Origin: Acidobacteriota bacterium
GTDB lineage: Bacteria > Acidobacteriota > UBA890 > WLXD01
Direction of reading: 5' to 3'
NCBI GenBank assembly: GCA_963666215.2
Contig: CAXWPL010000001.1
Location: 1-64,000 of the forward strand
DNA length: 64,000 nt
The stretch's first letter is position 1. Each line of letters opens with the position of its first letter. A program made the translations under genes and the position numbers. Below are positions 48,893-58,439 of the stretch, in pieces. Under the pieces are notes generated by a model. That model was given only the letters and a program-made list of their open reading frames with translations, searched no databases and was not told the DNA's origin.

Positions 48893-51370
48893 GTGCGAAG
48901 AACGTCGCTAGGAATCTGCCTGATCGCGCTCTGCACGCTCATGGTGGAGCTTCTGCTGACTCGCGTATTCGACGTGGTCCTGTATCCCAACCTCGGGTAC
49001 ATGATCATCACCGCCGCGATGTTCTCGCTCGGCCTCGCCGGTATCTACACGACGCTGAAGCCGCCCCCAGCCGACGGGGTCGGGCAACGGCTCAGCCGTC
49101 TCGCGTTCTGGTTCGGACTGTCGCTACTGGTCATCCGGCCGGCGCTCAACGCGATTCCCTTCGAGTACACCGCGATCGCCTCGAACCCCGTCCGACAGCT
49201 GCTCTATTTCGCCGCGATCTATCTGGTGATCACCGTACCGTTTTTCCTGGCTGGCCTCATCTTTTGCCATGCGTTCACCAGCTACGCGACCTCGATCCAG
49301 TCGCTGTACGCGTGGGACCTCACCGGCGCCGCAGTCGGCTGCGTGGTGCTGGTGCCGGCTTTGCCCTACCTCGGACCTGGCGGGCTCCTGTTTGTGGCTA
49401 CGGCGATCGCCATGGCCGCGGCATGGCTGTTCCATCCGGGCGGGCGCTGGCGCACGGTGTTGCTGGCGACGGTTGCCGCTGTCAGCTTCTTGCCGCCGCT
49501 CGCCGTGATGCCCGGTTACCTGGAATTCGTCGAGCACAAGAGTGATCGTGGCCTTCGGGACGCGCGCCGTGATGGCCGGTCCGAGCTCACCCATTGGGAT
49601 CCGATCTCGAAAGTCGAAGTGATCGATCTGGGAGTCTCGAAGAACATCGTCTACGACGGTGGCAGTCAGAGCAGCTTCATCTACCCGTTTTCGGGAGATT
49701 TCGGACGGCTGCGCACGGTGCTCGATCGCGCGATTCGCGCGAATGCCGAGGCCATTGTTCTGCGCCATTTTTGGCAGCGAAGCGTGTTCCTTTCTCACTA
49801 TCTCAAGCGCGACTCCGACCAGCGTGTGCTGGTGATTGGCAGCGCCGCTGGGCAGGAGGTGAAGGCCGCACTGACGTACGGTGCCGGCCACGTCGACGGT
49901 GTCGAGATGGTCGGGGTGGTGGTCGACCTCGGCAAGACGACGTACGCGCGCTACAACGGCAACGTGCTGAACGAACCGCGAGCCAATGTGGTCCGTGGCG
50001 AGGGCAGGAGCTTTCTTCGAGCTTCGGCCGCCGCGGGGGCGCGCTACGACATCATCCAGATCTGGAGCAACCACGCGTCCTCGAGCGTTGCTGCCGGCGT
50101 CGGAGCGCTCGATCCCGCATACCTGCTCACCGCCGACTCGTTCGTCGAGTACTTCAATGGGCTGAGCGACGACGGCATCCTGCAGGTCAATCACCACACC
50201 TACCCACGGATCATCGCCACGGCCGCGCTTGCGTGGAAGTGGCTGGAACGCGAGGACTTCCAACGTCACGTCGTGGTCACGTCGAGAGCCGTCGATCGCG
50301 ACGATTCGCTGCCAACGGTCTTGATCAAGATGACGCCGTGGACGGCCCGCGAGCTTCAGGACGTGCGCTACTTCCTGTCGATGCGACCCGGGTACGACCC
50401 GAAGTTCAAGATCGACGAGAATCCGAGGCGAAACGAGGAGAGCTTCCTTTCGGCGGAGTTCTACTCAGGCGAGCTCAGCGATGAATTACTGGAGCAGGTG
50501 CCCTACAGAATCACGCCGACGACCGACGATCGCCCGTACTTCAAGTTTCTACGTCGAGACATGAGCCGGGTGCGCGCCAACGCATCGCTGTTCGTCTGGC
50601 CCGAGACATCTCGCCGTCTCAACATGCAGCTCGCGCAGGGCGGCGGAGTGCCTATGGACGTGATCCATTTGCTCGTCAGCGCGTTCGTGTCGGTGCTGTT
50701 CGGGATCGTCTTCGTGCTGGTGCCACTGTTGTTCTCGTCGGTCGGACGCGGCCGCTGGCGGGGAAAGTACACTTCGCTGACGTACTTCTCGTGTCTTGGC
50801 GCCGGCTTCATCATTATCGAGCTGGTGTTGATTCAAAAGTTGCTGCGCTTCGTTGGCTATCCGCTCTACACCTACTCGCTGGTGCTATTCACGTTGCTGC
50901 TTGCTGCGGGAATCGGCAGCATGGCCTCCGCCAAGTTGCGCGTGAGTCCCGGTAGCCGCTGGTGGTGGCCGTTCGCGGGTGTGCTCGGATACGGGGTGTT
51001 CTTGCTTGCCACCCACATGACGATCCTCGATCGTTTTCTGGGGTTGCCGACGGTGCCGCGGATGGCGATTGCGGCCGCCTACATTTTCCCTCTCGGCTTC
51101 TTCTTGGGGATGCCTTTCCCGCTCGGCATCCTGGCTGTAGAGCGCGTGGCCCGCGGGGCGGTTGCCTGGGCGTGGGGCATGAACGGGCTGTTCACCGTGG
51201 TCGGTGGACTCGCCAGCGTGCTGCTCTCGGTTTACCTCGGCTTCAACGCGGCGCTGGTGGTTGCGTTGGCGATGTACGCGGTGGCGATGGGCTGCATGGT
51301 CCGCATGCGCGCGGTGGCGGGTCGAGCGGCTCTACCGCGTCTACAGGACAAGGCGAGCGCGAATTCCTGA
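48893..51370 (+). CDS. Polytopic membrane protein with a central spermidine-synthase-like SAM-binding domain
   Basis: TM blocks at both ends; VLVIGSAAGQEV, VEM, EGRSFL, YDIIQ and TDDRPYF. Confidence 0.8.
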   Translation: MRRTSLGICLIALCTLMVELLLTRVFDVVLYPNLGYMIITAAMFSLGLAGIYTTLKPPPADGVGQRLSRLAFWFGLSLLVIRPALNAIPFEYTAIASNPVRQLLYFAAIYLVITVPFFLAGLIFCHAFTSYATSIQSLYAWDLTGAAVGCVVLVPALPYLGPGGLLFVATAIAMAAAWLFHPGGRWRTVLLATVAAVSFLPPLAVMPGYLEFVEHKSDRGLRDARRDGRSELTHWDPISKVEVIDLGVSKNIVYDGGSQSSFIYPFSGDFGRLRTVLDRAIRANAEAIVLRHFWQRSVFLSHYLKRDSDQRVLVIGSAAGQEVKAALTYGAGHVDGVEMVGVVVDLGKTTYARYNGNVLNEPRANVVRGEGRSFLRASAAAGARYDIIQIWSNHASSSVAAGVGALDPAYLLTADSFVEYFNGLSDDGILQVNHHTYPRIIATAALAWKWLEREDFQRHVVVTSRAVDRDDSLPTVLIKMTPWTARELQDVRYFLSMRPGYDPKFKIDENPRRNEESFLSAEFYSGELSDELLEQVPYRITPTTDDRPYFKFLRRDMSRVRANASLFVWPETSRRLNMQLAQGGGVPMDVIHLLVSAFVSVLFGIVFVLVPLLFSSVGRGRWRGKYTSLTYFSCLGAGFIIIELVLIQKLLRFVGYPLYTYSLVLFTLLLAAGIGSMASAKLRVSPGSRWWWPFAGVLGYGVFLLATHMTILDRFLGLPTVPRMAIAAAYIFPLGFFLGMPFPLGILAVERVARGAVAWAWGMNGLFTVVGGLASVLLSVYLGFNAALVVALAMYAVAMGCMVRMRAVAGRAALPRLQDKASANS

Positions 51371-51396
51371 GGCGGGCGGCGCATGCCGTCGCCGCG

Positions 51397-51954
51397 TCAG
51401 TCGCTGGCCGTAGCCTCCGCTTCGATTTTCTCGAAGAGGCCGAAGATTTCGGCTTCCTGCTCGTCGGTCAGGTAGTGATCGGCGACCAAGAAGAGGATCT
51501 GGTCCTCCTTGAGCAGGTGCTCGAGGACCAGATGGACGATGTAGAGGCCGTACCCCTTCAGCATCTGAGCAGCGAAGTAGCTTTGGTCGCTGCCAGCATC
51601 GCTGCTACGGGCATGTTCGCGGCACTCGTTCAGAGCCTCGCGAAACTTGCCGTGCATGATCTGAAGGTCTTCGTGATCGGCGATTCGACCGTCGAGATTG
51701 AGGTTCTCGTCCACCAGGAAGCGCGACAGCAGCGGGAAGAGCGCCTGCTCTTCTTTGCGATGATGCAGCGCCATCTCATGGTCGATATACGAGGCGACGT
51801 GCTCGATGCGGTCGAGCACGTCGATCGCCGGGCCTTGATCACCCAGCGTGTGGAGCGCGGCCGTCAGCTGTTGCAGCTGATCTTCGATCTGCCGATGCTC
51901 GTGCTTGAGCACGTCGGTCGGGCGTAGCTTGCGGGGTTGCTCGGTGGGCTGCAT
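51397..51954 (-). CDS. Hemerythrin/HHE domain protein
   Basis: EHRQI, HHRKEEQALFP, DHEDL and EHLLKEDQILF. Confidence 0.85.
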   Translation of the reverse strand: MQPTEQPRKLRPTDVLKHEHRQIEDQLQQLTAALHTLGDQGPAIDVLDRIEHVASYIDHEMALHHRKEEQALFPLLSRFLVDENLNLDGRIADHEDLQIMHGKFREALNECREHARSSDAGSDQSYFAAQMLKGYGLYIVHLVLEHLLKEDQILFLVADHYLTDEQEAEIFGLFEKIEAEATASD

Positions 51955-52343
51955 GCCGTACAAGACTTCTGCGCTGAGAAAACTGACGACCGGCATCATC
52001 TCAACGCTCTCGTGCGCTCAGAGTCGCGAGTGGCCGCTGCTGGTCAACAATACCTGAAAGGATTGTCCAGTATAGGTAGCCGCAGGATCGGGCGCAAACG
52101 CTTGTCTGCTCCCGGTTTGGCCGTATCCGGCCCCTTCTGCCAGATGGCTCAACGATGCTGACGACACCGGCACGAGAGTCCGACGCCCCCGCTTGCGTTG
52201 CCTCGTACGGCGGCGGTAGCGTGACGGCGGACATGCCGGAGCCCCTGCGGGCGAAGCCGTGACGACGGGCCCCCGCCGAGGCGTTGGCGGCGCCGGCTCT
52301 CGAGCCCGGGCGACGCTGTCCGCGCGAGCACACGCGAGACGAA

Positions 52344-52835
52344 ATGACGGAAGGCGAACAGAACATGCCACTGTGGCGCGTCGAAGAGGCTGCCGAATAC
52401 CTCGGTATTCGCCCCAAGACGCTCTACGAATGGGTTCGAACGGGGCGGGTGCCCCATCGCAAGTTGGGTTTCAACGTGCGTTTCGATCGCAGTGAGCTCG
52501 AACGCTGGGTGGCTCAGCAGGCAGACGGAGGCCAGCCGAAACGAGCGGCAGGAGGGCGCCCGAGCGCTGGAGGAGGGTCGCCGGGTGCCCGTCGGAGCAC
52601 GGCCGGGGGTCGTTCCGCGTCGGCCGCCGAGTCGAGGAGCGACGCAGCAGAGCCCCTGGTGCCGGATGCCGGTGGTGCAGCGCGAGTTGCAGAGCTTTTT
52701 GCCGCGCTCGACGAGGCCGCACGGCGGCTGCGCTCGCTCGACAAGGAGCTCGGCAGCCATCTCGGTTTTCGCCAGCGAAAAGAGATGCTCGCCACGGTAG
52801 CACGGCTCGAGAAGCTCATCACCAGCGGCGCATGA
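52344..52835 (+). CDS. Excisionase/BldC-like HTH protein #8 with a low-complexity linker and helical C-terminal domain
   Basis: LWRVEEAAEYLGIRPKTLYEWVRTGRVPHRKLGFNVRFDRSELERW. Confidence 0.87.
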   Translation: MTEGEQNMPLWRVEEAAEYLGIRPKTLYEWVRTGRVPHRKLGFNVRFDRSELERWVAQQADGGQPKRAAGGRPSAGGGSPGARRSTAGGRSASAAESRSDAAEPLVPDAGGAARVAELFAALDEAARRLRSLDKELGSHLGFRQRKEMLATVARLEKLITSGA

Positions 52836-52964
52836 CGGTGACTGGCGACGTTCGCTCGCGTCGTACGCGTTGGCGCCCACTCCGTACAGGTTGCCGGCCG
52901 CGCCGTGCGTGTTGCCGCGCTCTGCGCACGTGTTGCCGTCGGCCTCGTAGAGGCGTTTCGCGAG

Positions 52965-53342
52965 ATGGCCGCCGCAATGGGCGGTGATGGCGCGGCGGTG
53001 CTCCCGGTATTCGTCTGCGGTCAGAGCTGTGCGGCTCAGTTGCTGCAACTGAAGCTCGGACGCGTACCGCTGGCCGCGGTTGCGGTGCTAGCGGAGTACC
53101 AACGTGCTCGCGATCCGGCCTCCGGTCGGTTCGACGTGTTGCCACTTGCCGATGGCCGGCTACCCGGTTTGCTGTTGAGCGGTTTGACGGTGACCGATCT
53201 GCAGCGTCTCGACGAGGTCGAGCGCGAGGGTACGCGCTGTAATCGCCGCGAGGTGACTGTGCTTCGTCTCAGCGACGGCGAGCGCGTGCCGGCACATGCC
53301 TATCTGGCGGCAACGCCGTCGACTCGCCAGCAGAGCGACTGA
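52965..53342 (+). CDS. Gamma-glutamylcyclotransferase/AIG2-like protein (degenerate)
   Basis: VFVCG..LGR..AVLAEY..GLLLSGLT..DLQRLDEVE..R.EVTV..DGERVPAHAY pattern. Confidence 0.6.
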   Translation: MAAAMGGDGAAVLPVFVCGQSCAAQLLQLKLGRVPLAAVAVLAEYQRARDPASGRFDVLPLADGRLPGLLLSGLTVTDLQRLDEVEREGTRCNRREVTVLRLSDGERVPAHAYLAATPSTRQQSD

Positions 53343-53344
53343 TC

Positions 53345-54886
53345 TCACTCGGTCCCGGTGGGCCCTCCTCGGGGCGCAGGCGCGGGCGCCGGCTCGGGTA
53401 GAGTCTGCAGTGCCAGCTCACCGGTTTCTGGTAGCCAGTGGAGCCGCAAGTTGGCGACGAGATCGCGACCGATCGTTGCTCGCGGCGCCGCCAGGCCGCC
53501 GCGAGCTGCTCCTTCCAGGTCGGCGCGGCGCCAGTCGACATCGAACCGCAGTCCAGCCAGAAAGGTGGGGAGGGATTCCTGCTCGGCACCATCTTGGTCG
53601 GCGGACTCGAGCTCGAGATCGAGGTCGATGTCCAGGCTGGACGGCCGGGCCAGGTCGAGTAGCGCCGCCACCGGGCGCCCGGCGATGCGCGGCAACAGGA
53701 ACATCTGTACCGCTAGTTCGTTGGCCGCGATCCAAGGTCGTGCGCGATACAGCGACGTCTCGGACGGAAGCGATCTCACCGACTCGGTCGCCCCGGGCCC
53801 GGATTGCGCCTCCGGGGAGAGCACGAGTGTCATTGTGCGCACGTCGAGGCTCCAACGCACCCTCAGCATGTGGTCGGCGGCCAGGATTCCATCGATGTCA
53901 GCGAGGTCCGTGGCCGTCGCAACGTCCGAGTTTCTGAACTCTGCATCATTCTCCAACCGAAAAGGCTCGCCGATCACGAACGGCGCGTCGTTCAGCGAGG
54001 TTGCGCCCAGGCTCAGGTTCGGTATCCGGCCGACAATGAGATCGATATCGAGAGGGGCTTCGAGTTGTGCGCGGCGAGCGTCGGCGGTGCTGCGTTCGGA
54101 GCTGTCCTCCGAGAGCAATCGAGTGAGCGCGATGTTGGCGGCTTGCGCGATCTCCGGGCGAAGGACCGAACGCGCCGCGTCCAGCTGCACCGCGAGACGA
54201 ACCTCGATGCCGCCGATGCGCGCCTGCAGCGTTGGCAATCTGGACGCGCCGGTGCGGAGATCGATTCGTGTCGAGGCTCCGGTCCATCGCGCCATCGGAG
54301 CCGCGGAGCGATCGTTCGCGGCCGCGTTGACCGCACCCAGCGCGGTGACCGCGGAGTTGGCCAGCGCACGACTCGTGCGGCGTGGCTCGAGCCGCGCCCA
54401 GGTCTCCAGGTGCACGCGTGCAGCGGGCGCGTCGCCGCGCTGCAGGTCCATAGCGGCCAACAGCGCACTCGCCGCCGGCGCGGTCGACGGGCGGCTTGCC
54501 GCGTCGGAGGCGAGGGACTGCGCGACCGACCAGTGTCGTTGTGCCGCCTTAGCCATCGCCAGGCCCAGCAGGCCGAGGCCGGCGCCGGCGTCCGCGGCGC
54601 GTCGAAAGTGAGCTTCGGCTTCCATCAGCTCGCCACTGCGCCACAGCGCTAGCCCCAGAAGTCCCTCGTTTGCGGCGCTCGGCACGTTGCGCGCAAGCGG
54701 CTCGGCGTAGCGGAGCGCGTCCCGAACGCGATCCTCATCGAGCGCCTTGAGCGTGACGAAAGCCGACGGCAAAACACCATTCACGGTGCCAACGTGGCTC
54801 GCCGACGAGCAGCCAAGCGTTGCGAGCACGAGCCCCATAACCATACCGTATGGTGCCCTAGATCCGGCCACGTCTCTTCTGCTCAT
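53345..54886 (-). CDS. Lipoprotein with TPR-like N-terminus and degenerate retropepsin-like domains
   Basis: Lipobox TLGC, helical TPR-like repeats, then ARIGG..LDAARSVL, IDGILAAD and ALLDLA. Confidence 0.55.
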   Translation of the reverse strand: MSRRDVAGSRAPYGMVMGLVLATLGCSSASHVGTVNGVLPSAFVTLKALDEDRVRDALRYAEPLARNVPSAANEGLLGLALWRSGELMEAEAHFRRAADAGAGLGLLGLAMAKAAQRHWSVAQSLASDAASRPSTAPAASALLAAMDLQRGDAPAARVHLETWARLEPRRTSRALANSAVTALGAVNAAANDRSAAPMARWTGASTRIDLRTGASRLPTLQARIGGIEVRLAVQLDAARSVLRPEIAQAANIALTRLLSEDSSERSTADARRAQLEAPLDIDLIVGRIPNLSLGATSLNDAPFVIGEPFRLENDAEFRNSDVATATDLADIDGILAADHMLRVRWSLDVRTMTLVLSPEAQSGPGATESVRSLPSETSLYRARPWIAANELAVQMFLLPRIAGRPVAALLDLARPSSLDIDLDLELESADQDGAEQESLPTFLAGLRFDVDWRRADLEGAARGGLAAPRATIGRDLVANLRLHWLPETGELALQTLPEPAPAPAPRGGPTGTE

Positions 54887-54931
54887 GCGTCTCTGAATGG
54901 TATAGTTGCTCCTGTTGCGAAGGGAGGCGTA

Positions 54932-55174
54932 TTGAAGATCGACAACTACATCTCACGTTGGCAAGAGTTTCACCAGTGGTCGGTGAGTAATCGGCCGGAC
55001 ATCGTGACCTCCGTGGAAGATCTCGGCGACGAGTTGCGTGAATCGATCAGCGAGTATCGACAGGCGACTGACCCGAATCGGCGGCAAGACCGCATGGAGT
55101 TGATCAAACAGCACTACGACCGTGTGGTCCAGTGGCACATGCGCGAGATCCTTTCCAAGCTGGACGGCGAGTAG
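54932..55174 (+). CDS. Small hypothetical protein (80 aa)
   Basis: GGGAGG RBS and TTG start; protein-like helical composition. Confidence 0.65.
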   Translation: MKIDNYISRWQEFHQWSVSNRPDIVTSVEDLGDELRESISEYRQATDPNRRQDRMELIKQHYDRVVQWHMREILSKLDGE

Positions 55175-55223
55175 CCAGCCTGGCCCCAAAAGGCTAATCG
55201 AAGTTCACGCGGGTCCGACTAGT

Positions 55224-56266
55224 TGTGTTTTCTAAGTAGGTTGTTCACATCGGGGCTCACTTCTGAGATCAATGGGGTTGTTCAAAAGACTCCACGACCT
55301 CAGAAGGAGCGCCCGATGCAGCTGCATGGTAACGCCCGCACGACGCCGTATATACGCCGAGAGATGGTCCGCCGAGTCCGGGAGCGGGCGGAGCCCGTGA
55401 CGGAAACGGCGGCGGCGCTCGGCGTGTCGGCTCGAACGGTTTACAAGTGGCTGGATAGATACGAGCGAGAAGGTGAGGCCGGGCTGCTCGATCGATCAAG
55501 CCGGCCGACGTGCTGTCCGCACGCAACAAGCGCTGGAGTTGTGAGGCAGATCGACAAGCTACGTCGGCGGCGACTGACGGCCTGGCAGATCAGCCGAAGG
55601 TTGGCTGTGCCGCGCTCGACCGTCTCGGCGTGGCTGAAGCGGCTCGGACTCGCCAAGCTTGATGCGCTCGAGCCCAAGCCCGAGATCGTTCGCTACGAGT
55701 ACGAGCACCCCGGTGACCTACTGCACCTGGATACGAAGAAACTGGCCCGTATCCGCCGACCTGGACACCGCATCCACGGCGACCGCTCCAAGCGGGCCTA
55801 CGGCGTCGGCTGGGAGAACGCCCACGTCGCTATCGACGATCACTCTCGGGTGGCGTACGTCGAAGTGCTGCCCGCCGAAGACCAACACACCTGCACAGCG
55901 TTCCTGCAGCGAGCCGTCGAGCACTTCGCTTCGATGGGAGTAGCGGTGCGCCGAGTGATGACAGACAACGGGCCTGGCTACGTCTCGAAGCGCTTCAATC
56001 GCCTATGCCATCAACTCGAGATCCGGCACATTTACACCCGGCCCTACACCCCCAGAACCAACGGCAAAGCCGAACGCTTCATCCGCACACTCAAGGAGCA
56101 GTGGGCCTACGGCACCTGCTACCAGACCTCAGCTCGACGTACTCGAGCTCTACGGCCCTGGCTCAACCACTACAATCGTCACCGTCCCCACGCCGGCATC
56201 GGCATGACACCGCCGATCGCTCGGCTCTCAGGGGTGAGTTCGTGAACAACCTACCTAGAACTCACA
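55224..56266 (+). mobile_element. IS481-family element, copy 2, complete
   Basis: TGT...ACA ends; inverted repeats TGTGTTTTCTAAGTAGGTTGTTCAC and GTGAACAACCTACCTAGAACTCACA; flanks aCTAGt and aCTAGg. Confidence 0.95.
55316..56245 (+). CDS. IS481-family transposase
   Basis: HGNARTT N-terminus, HTH, and DDE core (LHLD, TDNG, KAERF). Confidence 0.95.
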   Translation: MQLHGNARTTPYIRREMVRRVRERAEPVTETAAALGVSARTVYKWLDRYEREGEAGLLDRSSRPTCCPHATSAGVVRQIDKLRRRRLTAWQISRRLAVPRSTVSAWLKRLGLAKLDALEPKPEIVRYEYEHPGDLLHLDTKKLARIRRPGHRIHGDRSKRAYGVGWENAHVAIDDHSRVAYVEVLPAEDQHTCTAFLQRAVEHFASMGVAVRRVMTDNGPGYVSKRFNRLCHQLEIRHIYTRPYTPRTNGKAERFIRTLKEQWAYGTCYQTSARRTRALRPWLNHYNRHRPHAGIGMTPPIARLSGVSS

Positions 56267-56376
56267 ACTAGGCGGGCCCGTTTCGTGTTTGGCGACCCCT
56301 TCGGCGTCGCGGTCGTCGCACAACGCACCGTGTCGCGACTGCGGAGCATCGGGTCGGCGATACAATGCGCGGCGCG

Positions 56377-57885
56377 ATGAGCGACTCCACCGAGCTGTCC
56401 CGCGACATTCTGCAGAAGGTCTGCCTCCAGGCCTACCCTCGCGATCAAGTCCTGGAGCCTGTGCTCGCCGACTTCGTCGACGTCGCCAAGCAGATCACGG
56501 GAAGCGACTACGGAAGCATCTTCGTGATGGAGCGGGAGGAGAAGGAGGTGCGGCTCGTCGCCCACCGCGAGGAGGGCGAGTTGCTCGCCGACTTGCCCAA
56601 CCTTCTCGAGCTCGATACGGAGTCGCCCGGCATTATCACGTGGGTCTATCTGAACAATCAGACCTACATGAGCAACGACGTCAGCCAGGATCCGTACTAC
56701 TTCCCGGCGTTCAAGGATGTTCAGGCCGATCTCGTGGTGCCGATCCGCCTCCAGGGCGAGGCGATTGGCGTTCTCTCGGTGGAGTCGCGCGAGCTAGACC
56801 ACTATTCCGATGAGCACCGAGACCGGCTAGAAGAGTTCGCCGAGGCGATCTCGCTGGTCATCGCACGGCTGTGGCTGTCGCGCTACTCGCAGCGTCGCGG
56901 TTACAACGTCGAGATCGTCGGTGTCTCCGAGCCAATTCGACGCATCGAGGCGCTGGTCAAGCGAGTGGCTCCAACTCGAGAGCCGGTGCTGCTCACAGGC
57001 GAGAGCGGGGTGGGTAAGGAGCTGCTGGCCCACGCGATCCATTACTTCTCGCCGCGGCGCGACCGCGACATGATGATTGTGAATTGCGGGGCTTTTGCCG
57101 ACGAGCTGCTCGCCTCCGAGCTGTTTGGCCACGTCAAGGGGTCGTTCACGGGCGCCCACCGCGACAGATCGGGGCAGATGGAGCTGGCCGACGGAGGCAC
57201 GTTGTTTCTCGACGAGGTCGAGTCGATGACGCCGCGGCTGCAGGTCATGTTGCTGCGTGCGCTCGAGTACGGCGAGGTGCAAAAGGTAGGCGAGGACAGA
57301 CGCTCGCGGCGTGTTGATGTCCGCATCATCGCGGCCAGCAATCAGGATCTGCGTGAGCTGGTGGCAGAGGGCACCTTCCGTGAAGATCTCTACTATCGCT
57401 TCGACGTCTTCGGCATTCGAGTGCCAGCGCTGCGCGAGCGGCGCGAGGACATTCCGCTTCTCGCTCGACACTTTCTGGTCAAGTTCATCGAGGAGAACGG
57501 TGGAGGGCCCACGGACTACACCCGTGAGGCAGGGGCAGCAATGAAGATGTATGGCTGGCCGGGCAACGTGCGCGAGTTGCGCAACGCGGTGCGGCGTGCC
57601 GCCGTGCTCGCCGAAGGCGTCGAGTTCGGCATCGATGATCTTCCGCCGGGCATCGCATCGTCGATCAACGACAGCTCGATGGCCGCCGCCACCTACGCGG
57701 AAGACACGCCGATCGACGACGCGGTCCTACGGCTCGATCTCGTGGTGGCGGGACACCTTCGCCGCGTGCTCGAGCATGTCGACGGCAACAAGAGCCGCGC
57801 TGCCGAGGTGCTCGGCATCCCGCGCACGTCGCTCTATCACAAGCTGCGGAAGTACGGCATCGATGTTCCGGAGGCCGCGGCCTAG
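56377..57885 (+). CDS. GAF-domain sigma54-dependent transcriptional activator
   Basis: N-terminal GAF; GESGVGKE, SELFGHVKGSFTGA, FREDLYYR, WPGNVREL and Fis-type HTH. Confidence 0.93.
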   Translation: MSDSTELSRDILQKVCLQAYPRDQVLEPVLADFVDVAKQITGSDYGSIFVMEREEKEVRLVAHREEGELLADLPNLLELDTESPGIITWVYLNNQTYMSNDVSQDPYYFPAFKDVQADLVVPIRLQGEAIGVLSVESRELDHYSDEHRDRLEEFAEAISLVIARLWLSRYSQRRGYNVEIVGVSEPIRRIEALVKRVAPTREPVLLTGESGVGKELLAHAIHYFSPRRDRDMMIVNCGAFADELLASELFGHVKGSFTGAHRDRSGQMELADGGTLFLDEVESMTPRLQVMLLRALEYGEVQKVGEDRRSRRVDVRIIAASNQDLRELVAEGTFREDLYYRFDVFGIRVPALRERREDIPLLARHFLVKFIEENGGGPTDYTREAGAAMKMYGWPGNVRELRNAVRRAAVLAEGVEFGIDDLPPGIASSINDSSMAAATYAEDTPIDDAVLRLDLVVAGHLRRVLEHVDGNKSRAAEVLGIPRTSLYHKLRKYGIDVPEAAA

Positions 57886-58154
57886 GATCCCTCGGCTGCC
57901 GTCGTCGTCATGCGGTCGTCGACGTTATACGGTCGTCCCCATGCGGTCGTCGCGCGCACCTTACTGCGGCATTGTGGCCTGTCGAGTCCACTGGAGCCCG
58001 GTGCGACCGCGGGTCGCCGGTTACTGCGAGCCTGTTGGCAGCTCTTTCCATGCTTCGAAAGATGGGCGCAATCGTGCTCGGCGGCGCCTTTCTCGCCACC
58101 CTTGACTGATACTCGCGGTCGCTCGTCGTCTGCCGTGGGGTGGATTCCTGGCAA

Positions 58155-58171
58155 TTGGCACGCAGCTTGCT
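58155..58171 (+). promoter_or_regulatory. Sigma54 (-24/-12) promoter
   Basis: TTGGCACG-CAGC-TTGCT, an exact consensus match 270 bp downstream of a bEBP gene. Confidence 0.8.
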
Positions 58172-58181
58172 CTGTGTATCT

Positions 58182-58435
58182 GACGTACGACGGAGACGGA
58201 ACGGTCGGGCATCGACCGGGCTGGCTTCTAGCCGGGATGAATGTCGGACGGAAGGGGAAACAGGGGACCCTCGCTCTGACCCGGTGAAGAGGCTGGCCCG
58301 GCCGGTGCCTGATTTGCGTGTGCGCCCGTCGCCGCGCCGATCGGCTCTAGCGCCCAATAATGACCCGATCGCGACATGGGGGCTCGCCACCGCGCCACAC
58401 CGCGCGGTCTCCAATGCCGTCCGAGTTTGCGGACG
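58182..58435 (+). ncRNA. Candidate sigma54-dependent small RNA (3' end undefined)
   Basis: No convincing + strand CDS follows the promoter; seven GGA motifs in about 80 nt plus short hairpins. Confidence 0.35.
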
Positions 58436-58439
58436 ACGA

